64,000 bases of DNA from Octopus vulgaris (taxonomy: Eukaryota), in the NCBI GenBank assembly GCA_951406725.2, contig OX597831.1:35278001-35342000 (forward strand), in the 5' to 3' direction. Within the stretch, counting starts at the first letter, position 1, and every line of letters begins with the position of its first letter. The position numbers and the translations under genes are program-made. This document shows positions 27,479 to 41,069 of the stretch, piece after piece. The notes under the pieces are model-generated. The model worked only from the letters and a program-made list of their open reading frames with translations, was not told the origin of the DNA and made no database searches.

Positions 27479-27979
27479 CCCTTTCATTATCAACCCGGCT
27501 GAAACTGCCTCTGGCAATGTAGTACAAATGTCTTGTTTTCATAAGTTTTGAATTAAAATCTCCCATCAAACCTTAGTCACAATTTATGTTACTAACACTA
27601 GCTGAATGATACCTAAGTTATTTTACTAAATTCTTTGTTATATTTAAAATTAATTGAAAGAAACACAGAGCATCTCAAAATAAATATTGTAATGAAAGGG
27701 TTAAAATATTTAATAGAGAGACAGTTCTTAAAATATATTATATCAAAACAATTCTTAACCCTTTCGAAACCAACCCGGCTGAAACTGCCTCTGGCTCTGT
27801 AGTATAAATGCCTTGTTTTCATAAGTTTTGAATTAAAATCCTCCCTCCAAATCTTAGTCACAATTTATGTTCCTAACACAAGCTTAATGACAACTAAGTT
27901 ATTTTACTAAATTCTTTGTTATATCTAAAATAAATGAAAGAAACACGGGCATCCCAAAATAAATACAGTAACGAAAGGG
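27479..27979. mobile_element. Two tandem TTAA MITE P2 copies (27479-27700, 27759-27979) nested inside a P1 MITE; further P2 copies at 35641-35862 (inverted) and about 27050-27190 (partial, inverted)
   Basis: ttaa|CCCTTTC...GAAAGGG|ttaa ends; P1 sequence resumes after 27983. Confidence 0.82.
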
Positions 27980-28147
27980 TTAAAATAATGTGTTTAAATA
28001 AGCATTACATTTGACAGAATAACCTGAATGCTAAAGAGTTCAGCATTTTCTAACAAATTTTTTGTTTGTTTGTTTGTTTGTATGTATGTATGTATGAATG
28101 AATGAATGATGCTAAAACTAAGTTTTCTTTCTGATGTCATTTTGCAG

Positions 28148-28276
28148 GGTCTTCATAAACGGGAGTCTGATTCTGATACAGATATGATTATTGACCACAG
28201 CGAGTCATACGGAGAAAACACCAGTGTTGCCTCTGGACACACGGCTGACATGATAGACAGAAAGCCAACACTACAA
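28148..28276 (+). CDS. SLC9A6/7/9: Coding exon (phase 0-0): GLHKRESDSDTDMIIDHSESYGENTSVASGHTADMIDRKPTLQ
   Basis: Acceptor cattttgcag|GGT, donor CAA|gtaatt; acidic DSDTDMII...SYGE parallels NHE6 DDDSDLIL...TYGD. Confidence 0.88.
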
Positions 28277-29584
28277 GTAATTTCACCTCTGCTATTTTCA
28301 CATTTATTTTCAAAAATAGACGAGTTTTTTTTTTAACCACTTTTTCGGTAAGCGTCACAAATTTGTAGGAAGCTTTGATGTGATGATCTTCTTTCGCTTT
28401 GTGACCTGCTTGTGACCCATTTTCGCTCAAGTAATAATACTGATGATATATATGTTTTGGAAAGGCTTCAACATCACAGCTTCCATTTGCTTCTATCCTT
28501 TAAAACTTCTAGCAATCACACCTGAGTAAAATGCAATTTTCCGATAGAGAAATATTATTGTGTATATGTCTTTAATATACACTTTGTCTTTTAAGTCTGC
28601 TTTATCCCCTCAAAAGATAAGCCACTTTCAAAATAAATAAATTAGAAATTTCAAACATGAACTAAAAAAGGAAAAGGATAAAAAAAAAAATATTAACTAG
28701 AAGTTTAATAGGAATCAAGCAATACTTGTATTGATGCTTTTCTTTCACTTAGCTTTTAATCTTAACCTTAACTCAAACCATCTCTACTTCTGATTCTATG
28801 AGACGACGTTTCTTTTGCTTTGTTTTTTAAGCCGGTGCCATGTAAAACCAACCGTTCCAGTGTTACATGAAAGCACCTATGCTAATGCCATGTAAAAGCA
28901 CCCATTGCACTCTGTAAAGTGGTTGGCAATAGGAAGGGCATCCAGCTGTGAAAACCATGTCAAAACAGATAAATGGTGCCTGGACAGCTCTCCAGTTGAC
29001 CAGCTCCTGTCAAAACTATCCAACCCATGGAGAGCAGATGTTAAAAAATGATTATGATGGTTTAAGTTTAAACCTTTTCATCATGTTCTCTTCCACCACT
29101 GGATACCCTTTCTAATGCCAGCCCTTACCTACTTTCAAGAAGGTAATATATTCTGCTGGTCTTTGCTCATCAAATCATTGAGCTGTTGGACACATTATTT
29201 ATGCAGATCACAAACAAGCATCACTACTGCTCAAGTGGTATAAATGCAAGCATGCATTTACAGATAAGCACACATACACACATGCTCACCCATGTATATG
29301 CACACACAGTTATATATACAAACACGTGTTCACACACTCATACACACACTACACACAAGCACATACAAAGGGCTGTTGTATGGTTTCCATTAATTGCCTT
29401 CACTCACAAAACCAGCTCTTTTGAGATAAGGGGGTTAGTCAATGCCATTAACCCCACTACTCGAATGGCACTTTATTTTATCAACGCCCCAAAAAGATGA
29501 AAAATAGAGTTGTCCCTGACTTGCAATTGGAATTTAAATACTGTGAGTCATTTTGTGCAGCACTCTAACATTCTACCAATTTGC

Positions 29585-29659
29585 ATGATAATAATAATAA
29601 TAGTAATAATAATAATAATAATGACAAAAATGATAATAATAATGATAATAATAATGATG

Positions 29660-29693
<34 letters not shown>

Positions 29694-29735
29694 TAAAAAT
29701 GATAATAATAATAATAATAATAATGATAATAATCC
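29585..29735. repeat. (AAT/GAT)n microsatellite
   Basis: Direct reading; source of the poly-Ile ORFs. Confidence 0.95.
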
Positions 29736-30206
29736 TTTTTACTAAAGGCATGCTGGTACTTAATTTATTGACCCTGAAATGATAAAGGCAATGTCGACCT
29801 TGGTGGAATTTGAACTCAGAATCTAGCAATGGGCAAAATACCACTAAGCATTTCGTCCAGCATGCTAACAAGTCTGCCAGCTCGCTGCCTTTAAATAAAT
29901 AATAGTAGTAGTAGTAGTAACGAGCAGGAATAAAGAGAGAACATCATAGCCATGTCTTCAGAGGAGTTCTTTGGAGTTTGGCTAATTCACCTCTAGAAAC
30001 ATGGGTATTTTGTTCATCATCCTCCAACAATCCTTATTCAGGGACCTTTTGAGAGTGATGAGCTACTCAACCTGAAAAAAAATTCTAACTGGGCCTCACC
30101 TGCAAAGTCATGTGCTTTTTATCTTGGTATGAAATCACCCTGTCATGCACATATGGTTGTGATGCATGTGCCTGATGTACCTTTATCAGATGGGTAGTCA
30201 TGATGG

Positions 30207-30526
30207 AACATGATGCACTGATTAGAGCATCAGGCTCACAATCATGTGGTAGTGAGTTCAGTTCCCAAACTGGACTGTGTGCTGTGTTCTTGAGCAAGAC
30301 ACTTTATTTCATGTTGCTCCAGGTCACTCAGCTGAGTTGTGATGTCACTGGTGCTAAGCAGTATCTGCCCCTGCCTTTCCCTTGGATAACATCGGTGGCA
30401 CGGAGAGGGGAGGCTGGTATGCATGGGTGACTGCTGGTCTTATATAAACAACCTTGCTTGGACTTGTGCCTCAGAGGGTAACTTTCTAGGTGAAATCCGA
30501 TGATTATTCTTTACCTTTTAATTTTT
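30207..30526 (+). mobile_element. SINE-B inserted into a family-E element, 12-bp TSD
   Basis: TSD tagtcatgatgg at 30195-30206 and 30527-30538. Confidence 0.8.
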
Positions 30527-30844
30527 TAGTCATGATGGGTATATTGGGCTTTGTATATCTGTTACCCCAGTGTCACTTTGATGGCATATGCTGCTCTTTC
30601 AATCAATCAATCAATAATAATAATAATAATGATAGTAATATATAGCATACTGAAAATAACATCACTAGGCGCCACACGTCTTATGTAGAGCACTTTCAAT
30701 GCAGTAAAAATGACAACACCATAACAAACCACAGCACATACCCAAACTACACAGCTGTGGTCTGTAATGTAGTGAAAGTATGCAATAAAAGGAAGACTGT
30801 GTGTAGTCAATAGAAGTCACTCTATTTTGACCCAACATAATATT

Positions 30845-31058
30845 CTTTACTACTCTAGGGACAAGGCCTGAAATTTTGGGGGAGGAGGCCAGTCGATTAG
30901 ATCGCCCCCCCAGTGTGCAAGTGGTTCTTAATTTATCGACCCCGAAAGGATGAAAGACAAAGTCGACCTCGGCAGAATTTGAACTCTGAATGTAAAGACA
31001 GACGAAATACTGCTATGCATTTTGCCCGGTGTGCTAACGTTTCTTCCAGCTCCCCACC
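30845..31058 (-). mobile_element. SINE-C with 18-bp TSD (1 mismatch)
   Basis: ttgacccaacataatatt (30827-30844) / ttgacacaacataatatt (31059-31076). Confidence 0.85.
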
Positions 31059-33202
31059 TTGACACAACATAATATTACAATGTGGAAGTATGTGGCTTAG
31101 TTATTAATGTGTCAGATTCATGATTGTAAGATTGTGGTTTCAGTTCCTGGACTGGATGATGTTTTTGTATTCTTGAGCAAAACACTTCATTTCATGTTGT
31201 TCCAGTCCACTCAGCTGGAAAAAATGAAGAATCTTTGAGCAGACCAGTGCCTCATCCCAGGAGGAATATATGCCAGAGAAACTGGAAAACTGGCCCCATG
31301 TTCCTTACAGAGTAATGTGAATTAATTGTTGTATTACATTATGTTGTTGTTGTGTATGTCTAGAACTAACCTGATTTGTCAGATCAATGATAAAAAAAAC
31401 TATCCTGTCATGACCATCTTTTCTGCATAGTTTTACCCTTCCAATGTGTCCTTCCCATTTTAAGACAGCAAAATACTATTTGAAGGAGGTGTGACTGATA
31501 TTTCTGATAGGTTGAGAGACTATATATAGAGTCTCTCATTGCTGCTGTTGATGTCATAGCTTGAACCTAAGTTATTTTTGAAAAGACTAAATAGGCACAG
31601 GCATGGCTGTGTGACAAGAAGCTTGCTTCCCAACCACATAGTTTTAGGTTCAGTCCCACTGTGTGGCACCTTGGACAAGTGTCTTCTACACTGTAGCCTC
31701 AGGCTGACCAAAGTGGATTTAGTAGACGAAAACTGAAAGAAGCCCATCATATATATATATATGTGTGTGTGTATAAGTATATATATCTATGTGTGTGTGT
31801 TTGTGTATGTGGTCCCACCCCTCACTGCTTGACAACTGATGTTGGTTTGTTTATGTACCTGTAACTTAGCAGTTCAGTGAAAGAGACTGATAGAATAAGT
31901 ACTTGGTTTAAAAGTAAAGTGCTGAGATCAATTTATTTGACTAAAACCCTTCAAGGCGGTGCTCCAGCATGGCCACAGTCAAAGGACTCAAACGTGTAAC
32001 ATTGCTCGATACCTGTTCAAAACCAAAGTGTATCAACAGAATATGCTACTAATATGCTTTTTGTACAGGCAGACTTTACACATTTTAATGTCATTATATT
32101 ATCACTTAATCTCTTTTTCATAAGAATATTACTAACAAGAACAGATTATCTATGTCTTATCTTTTATATTTTAATTTTAATTTGGAATTGGGGGGAATTT
32201 TAGTAAAATTACTCCCTTTTCTTCCTCTCAGTTCTTTATATGAAACTATTGTGATAATTGTTTCCCCTGCTGAAATCTTATGTCTTTTGTTCATGCCAGA
32301 GCAGTATTACTGAGTTGTCCTTCTTTAGCCTGTACTATAGTCTGTGATCATAGTATCTATTTCAAACCCAAGCATACACATTTACACAAAACACACATGC
32401 ACACACATAGTTTTTAGGATCTACTTTTCCATGCTTGGAAGTGTCAGACAAGACAATAAGCGTCTGGGCAGAATTTGCTATGGCTGGTTGCCCTTCCTGT
32501 TGCCAATCCTCATTTGTTTCTAAGCTAGGTAATATTTCTCCAGGCCAGACTTGTTTTTATGGAAGATTGAAAACAAACGCCGCCACTTATATGGTGATGA
32601 TGCTCGTTTACAATTTATTTTTTCACTAATCTTCTTTCTTTCTCACTGTCTCTGTGCTCCTCTCTTTCTTTTGATGAAGCACTTATGCCTGAAACATTAA
32701 GACACTTTCTCTCACCATTAAAATGTTAAGCTAATTTTGTTACATTTACACAATACCAGATGCAAATATTTTACCCATTATTCATTTTACCATGAAATGA
32801 AAACTTTTAGGTTTTGGTTAAAGAAAATTTGAAGGCTGATTGTGGTAGTTATTGACAATATGCTACATATATTTACAATTCAGAATGGCCACCCTTTGCT
32901 TTCACCTTAGTCCTTAATCTTTTCTCAACTCATTTTGTATAATAAGTAAATGTATTTGCCACATCTGGTATATTATAACCTTCAACATAATTCTTTAGCC
33001 GAATAGCACAACTTTGTATGACAGGACAAGGTCTTTGAGCTACAGATGCAAGCCATCTTTAAAAACATGTCTGAACATGGAGAAGTTTTATCTTGCTTGA
33101 AAACAGGTGAAGGTTGGCAACAGTAAGTGCATCCAACCAGAGAAAAATCTACCAAACTGTAGTCTTGTTAACCCAGTTTCCGTTCCACAACTTAGGCTGA
33201 GC

Positions 33203-33518
33203 TAGCGACGGTGCATGGCTTAGTGGTTAGGGCAGTCAGCTCATGATTGTAAGGTTGCAAGTTTGATTCTTGGCAGCGTCCTTGAGCAAAACACTTTATT
33301 GCTTCAGTCTGCTCAAGTGGCAAATCTGAGTAGTACCAGTAATTCAAAGGGCCAGCCTTGTCACATTCTATGTCACTCTGAATCTTCCTCAGAACTACAT
33401 TAAGGGTACATGTGTCTGTGGAATGCTCTGCCACTTGCACATTAGTTTCATAAGCAGGTTGTTCCACTGATTGGATCAACTGGAATGTTTATTTGTCATA
33501 GCTGGCGGAGTGCCAGTT
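33203..33518 (+). mobile_element. tRNA-headed SINE family D (head like SINE-B, different body)
   Basis: tggcttagtggttag A-box, agtttgattc B-box-like, gtccttgagcaaaacact core; related body fragment near 12765-12870. Confidence 0.65.
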
Positions 33519-33862
33519 TAAAGGTTGTGCCAAGGCTACGCTACAAGCGACTCGCCCAAAGTGACATGTAGCACTAACAACTAACATGGGAAATAAACTT
33601 CACTGCTTAGCTGTGCCTCTGCCCATACATACACACGTACATATTCAGGCACACACACACACACACACACATTTGAATACACATACATTCACACACACAC
33701 ATGACTACATATACATTCACACACATATACACACAGATACATATTTATAGTTTATTTTTGCTATATTTTACTTCAAAAACTTTTTTGTCAACTTAAAATA
33801 TTCTTTTTTTGATTTTTTAACGAATTTTCTTTCATTTTATTTTATATTTTTTCGAGGAACAG

Positions 33863-33922
33863 GAAGATTTTGAGGATATATCTGTGTATGATGTGGACGA
33901 ATCCTCGACTCCTTTGCTTTGA
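33863..33922 (+). CDS. SLC9A6/7/9: Candidate alternative terminal exon: EDFEDISVYDVDESSTPLL*
   Basis: Long T-rich tract then ttcgag|gaacag|GAA (two in-frame AGs, starts 33857 or 33863); phase 0 fits donor 28276; protein-like acidic peptide ending PLL-stop. Confidence 0.5.
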   Translation, partial: EDFEDISVYDVDESSTPLL

Positions 33923-35295
33923 CCTTCATCAGTATTTTGTCCTAGGTTCTTTATCAAAACCACTTTATATTTATATACTGTTTCATATCAAGACCAAGTA
34001 AGATTGCTAAATGTATCTTATATGGTGCAAGCTGCTTTCTCTTATCACTAACTCTATTTAATATACATCTACATAACAAAACGTTGGACAGTCTTTGAGA
34101 AACCCTTTTGTTTGAGAGGTGGGGATTAAACAACTAAAAGAAAACTGAAAAAATAAATTAGTAACTAACCTTGATCTTATGCAGCCAGGAATGATCCTTA
34201 CTGTAAAATATAGGATATCCAGGACCAGGAAATATTTGGTCATAGTTTTTAAAAAATAACAAAAAAGAATGACCCCACTATCCCTTTTTACAACACAATA
34301 CATGACAGTAAATGAATGATGAAGGATCCTCTAAGGAGTTACTTAGTCTGCTAGAAATAGTAGCCAAATTTCTCTCAAATGACACCCTACTGTTTTAAAA
34401 AGGACAACTCAGAACTACATTGCATATTATAGTCCTGAAGGAACAGTGTCTGGAAAAAGGTGGTGTGGTCATGGCTGGAATGCTTTTGTTCATTTTCTGC
34501 TTGATCAGAGAAACTTGGGATGAAGCAACAGCAACAACATTAGTAGTACTATGTACTGTTGTTGCCTGTATTACTGGTATATGTTTTAGCACTTGCAATT
34601 GTTCAGTCAAGCAAAGAGCTGTCTATATGGTTTCTTAATCTGTAGGGAAATAGCAGATAGATCTCCCTCAAACTTGACCCTACTGTTCAAAAAAAAAAAA
34701 AAAAATGGATTTGTTGTGTGATATATTCATATGCAGTGTTCACTCTATGCTGTGTTCATTCACAAATTTTACTGCAAGTGCACAAAGGATAAAAATATGC
34801 ACACATAGTTTTTCATGAGAATGTGCACACTCTTTGTAAAGGAAGTCAAAATTTGCACACATGCAAATATCTGCACACACCTACTGCAAAGTCCTTTGTC
34901 TGAAAAATAAAATAGAATGTGCATAGTTGAAACTTTTGATGGAATTGATGAGATATCTGCTAAATGAAATGAAAAAATAGCTAGATCAATAGAAGGTCCT
35001 ATGTGGGCTAAATTTCTTGAAAGAGGCGGGTGTATAATTCATCCACTACCTACACCTCTTTCTATTGCAGCAGCTGATGATAATAATAATAATCTTAAAG
35101 AAGGAGGTAGAAGTCAAACTCTTATGTTATTTGAGGAAAACCTATGTCAGGAGCTCCTAATATTAATGGTACTAATCAGTTTCCAAAATCCTCCAATTAT
35201 AACGAGGTATAACTAGGGAAAAGATTATAACAAAGGCATGAGCTGGATCAAGACTCAACTGAGGCAAAACAGTAGTAACACTTCATTCTCTGTAT

Positions 35296-35572
35296 CAGGG
35301 GTTCTCAGCTGGGTTCTACATGACCCTTGGAGGTCCACATGACCCTTGGAAGCCCATATAAAATTTTATTATTAAAATCTATCTGCACTAAATTGGTGAT
35401 ACTTCTACAGTATACAAAATATTTTAACAATTTTTTTCATACAATTCCCAATAATATTTGATTAAAAAAAATATAATGGGACTTCTTTTAAACGTTGAAT
35501 AGCTGTGCAGGATCGAGTGGAGTAAAATAGGGATCAAAGGGGGCCATTTCAAAGAATGATTGAGAACCACTG
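35296..35572. mobile_element. hAT-type MITE, same family as 1348-1940
   Basis: TIRs CAGGGGTTCTCA/TGAGAACCACTG; imperfect 8-bp TSD ctctgtat/ctctacac. Confidence 0.75.
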
Positions 35573-37152
35573 CTCTACACAATTACTCACCTGGGAAGAA
35601 ATAGCAGCCAAATTTCTTTTACCACTTGCTACCATCTTAACCCTTTTGTTACTGTACTTATTTTGATATGCTCTGTGTTTCTTTCAATTAATTTTAATTA
35701 TAACAAAGAATTTAGTAAAGTAACTTAGTTAACATTAAGCTAGTGTTAGGAACATAAATTGCGACTAAGGTTTGATGGAATATTTTAATTCAAAACTTAT
35801 GAAAACAAGACATCTATACCACAGAGCCAGGTGCGGTTTCAGCCGGGTTGATGTAGAAAGGGTTAAGAATTATTTCTATATCATATATTTAAAAAAAAAC
35901 GAAAGAAGGACACATGAGTTCTAGACGCATAACATCTTCAAAATGATAGAATTATCACAGCTAGAAAAAGTCAAAGGTCTGCACATTCCTAGCTAACTTG
36001 AGGTTAAATAACAACATAACAATGCTACGCACTGTTATTTAAGGGAAAGAACTTTCTGTACTGAAAAACATGTCCAAGCATGCACTCACAAATACACTCA
36101 GACATATATTCTCTCTTGCACAGACATTCACTTATAGTGTTGTTTTGCATTAGTGTTGTTTTGCAGTCTATTTCTACTCTGGACACTTCGTTTCCTAAAT
36201 TAATTCATGTAATATGATCTGATTTCTGGTACCTGGAATATCTCTGGCTTTCTTTATCTATAAAAGCCCCTTCTGGTCTCCTATTGGATACTTAAAATTT
36301 CCATTTCTATTCTGTACATAATTTTCCAACTCCTCCTGGGACTTTTGATTGCCCTGCTGTCCAATAACTGTCCAAGTTCACATCCAAGAAAAGGCTACCT
36401 GTGTCTTAACGGTGCTGTGTGTGTCTCTCTCTTTCTCTCTCTTCCTCTTTGTCTCTTTCACATACGCATACAAATTTGGTCAGAGCAAGTGTTTTTATGT
36501 GTTTGTATTTATCCATACGTTTATTTCTAGAGGTTCCATGACATAAATTGGGCTTAAATAACTTGCTTTATAAACATCTACATACGTTGTGTCATTATTT
36601 ATATCTGCTTGCTCGACTGTATTTCTTCTCGGAAAGGAATTGAGGAGTTGGAACTGGAATTTGCTGAAACTAATAGACCAGGCTATTTTTTCTTCTAAAA
36701 TTAGTTAAGATCTTGTTTTTTTAAGGGCATTTTTTTTTTGCTTTCGGAAAATCAGTTGTCAGGGTTTGTTTATATATTTATTTAATTTTAGTTTTCTTTT
36801 TTTTTTTTGTTCTTTCAAAAAAAAAAAAAAATTAGTTGTCAATTAATTTGGTTATTCCAAAAATATAAATAAGACATTTTTGGGTTGTTTTTTGTCTGTT
36901 TGTTTAAATTATCCATTCCATCTGCCATGATGGAAGATGATTCAATGTGGACATCGGATGAGAGAGCAGATGAATGAAAGAAAGAAAACAAAAGAAAAAT
37001 TGAGAGAAAGAAGGAGAGAAATCAACAGTGTGACTTGAACAAACTGATTCCTGAAAAGCATATCAGAGGAGAAGACGAAAGAGAGGAGAGACAGAAGAAA
37101 AGGAGGCATAGTTCAAGCCTTATTTCTTCCTTTCTCTCCTATCTTCCTTCTG

Positions 37153-37204
<52 letters not shown>

Positions 37205-38621
37205 CTAATGTCTATATTTATAATTGAACATAAAGAAATACACTGTGTGTATAACTCACTAACTTAGTAATAATGAATTGGTATTTATAGATCATTCTTT
37301 AAGTTTGCACACAAGCACACACACACACACACACACACACGCACGCACACTCACACATACACACACACGCACATGTACACATGCACATACTAAAGCACAT
37401 CAGCTAATTAACTTTCTATGGAATTTCTATGACTTGTTCAGATCAAATTCTTGAGATCTGAACAGATTCTAAACTAGATGGCTAATACATAACACAACAC
37501 TTGATATTCACTAATCAACAAGTACATGTATATATGCACACACTCAAATATATATATATATATTTGTCCATGTATATGTATACATATGGACACACGCACA
37601 CACACACACACACACATATATATAATCATCAACATTTAACGTCTGTTTTCCATGCTGGCATGGATAGCTTGACAAGAACTTGGATAGCTTGGATAGCTTG
37701 ACAAGAACTTGGATAGCTTGACAAGAACTGGCAAGGCCAGGGGCCACACCAGGTTCTACAGTCTGTTTTGGTTTGGTTTCTACAGCTGGATGCCCCACCA
37801 ACATGCCAACCACTTCAGAGTGTACTGGGGGCTTTTTACATGGCACCAGCACCCACACCAATGCTTTTTACATAGAGCCTTGGTTTTAGTGTATACATAT
37901 ATATATATATAGACACATATAGACATATTCACACACACACATGTACGTATGCATATGTAAATTATTTCAAGTCCTCTTCCTGAAATCTGGGTTTCCTGTG
38001 AGTGGAGTCGGTCTACTGACATGACATCCTCTCAGTAGGTTTGAGGTTTGGGTGTAAGAAGACCAATTCTACTGGCCAGAACCTCAAAATATCAGCATCT
38101 TGACTGATTTTCATAATAATTATTAATGTTCTGCTTCTCAGTATTAAGTACTCCTTTCCCAGATCATTACCAATAACGTTTCATATATATAAATATACAT
38201 ATGCATGTGTGTGTGTGTGTTTGTATATATATATATATTTATATATATATATATGATATCTATATATTTGTTATTTATATATATCATATGTATTATATAC
38301 GTATATATGATGTACTTTCCCATCAAAGGTGACGTATGAGTGTTCAGCTTTTGCTGAACAACTGGCACAAATATTTTGTTTATAGTGATCAAATGTATAT
38401 GCTGCACATTAGCTCGCTCCGTCCATCAAATAGATGGAGCCTGAACAGGTGCACGGCATCCCATGCATCAGGTGTCAAACTGATCACAGAGCAACATGGG
38501 ATGAAGTGTTTTTGCTCAAAAACACAACGTACCACCTGGCCTAGGAATTGAAACCACAATCTTGCGATTGTGAATACAGCATCCTAATCACTAGGTCATT
38601 TTTCTTCACACACACATCCAC

Positions 38622-38656
<35 letters not shown>

Positions 38657-40735
38657 TAAATACACATAGATTGGTGTAGGCATAATGAACTTGTGAAGTT
38701 GGCTTCACAATCACATGCTTTCAGTTCTGTCCACTGTGTGGCACGTTGGGCAAGTGTCTTCTAAAGATCTGGTTTGACCAATGTCGTGTGTATACATCTG
38801 GTAGACAGAAACTAAAAGCAATCCATCCGTCATATATATGTTTGTGTGCATGCATGTATTATGTATATATGTGTGTGTGTCTTTATGTCACCTTGTCTTG
38901 ACATTGTGTGCTAACTGTAAGCAAGTGTCTCTGTCATACAAATGGCGTCTGTCTAATCCAGCTTAATAAGAGATCTATAAGGAACACTGAATTATAGATT
39001 TGATAGTTATGTAGATTCAATACTAAGTTAATGTGCATCTGTTTTCAATTTGCTTGCTTCTGCTAGAAATAACATAGATTCAAATGTCACATATGCTAAC
39101 AACTAAACACTCTGCGGACTAATAAGAAACTGCATTGTAAGCAAACAAATAACCACGTAATGCCATTAACACCAACATTACTAATGTGAGTATTGCTAAG
39201 CATGGCCTTGTTAACACTAAGACTGTTTGTACCAACATCAGTTTTAACTAGTAACACTTTCAATAACACCCCTGTGTAGAGGAGAGCCTTTATGCAGTCA
39301 TTTGACATGTTAGAAATAACAGCCAAAATATCACTTCAACCATGCAGTTTAATGTCCTGTGAAGAAAGGACACATTAGATGCATGGGCCCTGAAACAGGG
39401 GGTGCAAGCACACTGTCTAAAATATTTTGTGGGTGCAGAATCTAAATTTGAACCCTCAATTACTTTTCTCGGGTTTAGAAAACAGCGCATAAAATGTGAT
39501 CTGTAAAAAGTATCTTGATGTTAGGTTTCTTCTCAAAGAACAAAGAACAAAAATAAATTTCAAAGAAAACAATTAATCTTTGTTTGTAAAACTAAAAATT
39601 TTGACCTGGGTTTGCACCCCAGAAGCAAATTTAGTTTCCAAGCCAATGATTAGATGATCTAGTTCTTGATACACTAATCTCTGAAGAAAAAGAAATAAGA
39701 CTGGCTGGTTGTATGATTGTCTGATGGCTTTGTGCCTTTGAAGACATATGGAAGGAAATATCTCTCACTTGCCAAAAATAAATAAATAAATCAGCAAAAG
39801 AAGGGATCCAGGCTGTAACAGAATGCCCAGCAATTTATTCATCTAATGGTTAGATGAATAAATTGCTGGGGCATTATCAGATTCTAACCCATTTGGATGG
39901 TCAGAATTATTTGAGCATTGGGTTATTATTAGAGCCTTGCTGTATTTATTCCAGTTCTTTGATTGGTAAATTCCACTCCACCCATTGCCTGGTTTAACAC
40001 TGCCACCTTGCACCTTGGATACTATTAATAGAATTAACTCTGTTGCAGGCAGACAGGTAGGGCTCTAGTTTCAAACTAGTTTTCTTCCTTACACTGACCA
40101 ATCTTGGAAACCTTGAAAAAAAAAAAATGAATAAAGGGCTATGGGTGCTGCCCTTACCTCCCTGACTAAATGGTAAAAAAAAAATACCAAGGAAAGAAGG
40201 TCGTTACAGATTACCTATGGCAGCACAGGAAAGGCTTTAAATTATTTGAAAATAGATAAAAAAAAAAAAAAATGAAGGCAAGGGCATGCCAATGTAATAA
40301 GAAGTTGGTTTCAAAACTTCATGGTTTCATGTTTGGCCCCACTATGTGGTGCTTTGGGCAAGTGTTTTCTACTATAGCCTTGGCCCGACCTAAGCCTTGT
40401 GAGTGGATTTGTAGAAGGAAACTGAAAGAAGCCCGTCGTATATATATGTATGTATGTATATGTTTGCATGTCTGTGTTTGTCCCCCCAACATTGCCTGAC
40501 AACTGATGCTGGTGTGTTTATATCCTCGTCACTTAGTGGTTTGGTAAGAGAGGCCGATAGAATAAGTACTAGGCTTACAAAGAATAAGTCCTGGGGTCAA
40601 TTTGCTCGACTAAAGGCGATGCTCCAGCATGGCTGCTGTCAAATGACTGAAACAAATAGAAGATTAAAAGAATATATATATATATATGTACATACACCCA
40701 CACATTGATGTGTGCATATATATATATATATGTGA

Positions 40736-41069
40736 AGGCGCATGGCTCAGTGGTTAGAGCGTCGAGCTTACAATCGTGAGGTTGTGAGCTTGAATCCCGG
40801 ACCGGGCTGCATGTTGTGTTCTCGAGCAAGGCACTTTATTTCACATCGTTCCAGTTCACTCAGCTGTAGAAATGAGTTGCGACGTCACTGGTGCCAAGCT
40901 GTATCAACCTTTGTCTTTCCCTTGGATAACACTGGTGGCGTGGAGAGGGGAGGCTGGTATGCATGGGTGACTGCTGGTCTTCCATAAACAACCTTGCCCG
41001 GACTTGTGTCTAGGAGGGTAACTTTCTAGGTGCAATCCCATGGTCATTCATGACCGAAGGGGGTCTTTA

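Noticed and set aside
36600-36700. Protein-like frame GIEELELEFAETNRPGYFFF*
   Set aside because: The nearest AG puts it out of phase with the phase-0 donor at 28276; no other support.
40736-40810. Functional tRNA gene
   Set aside because: The tRNA-like head continues into a multicopy SINE body and the acceptor stem is not intact.
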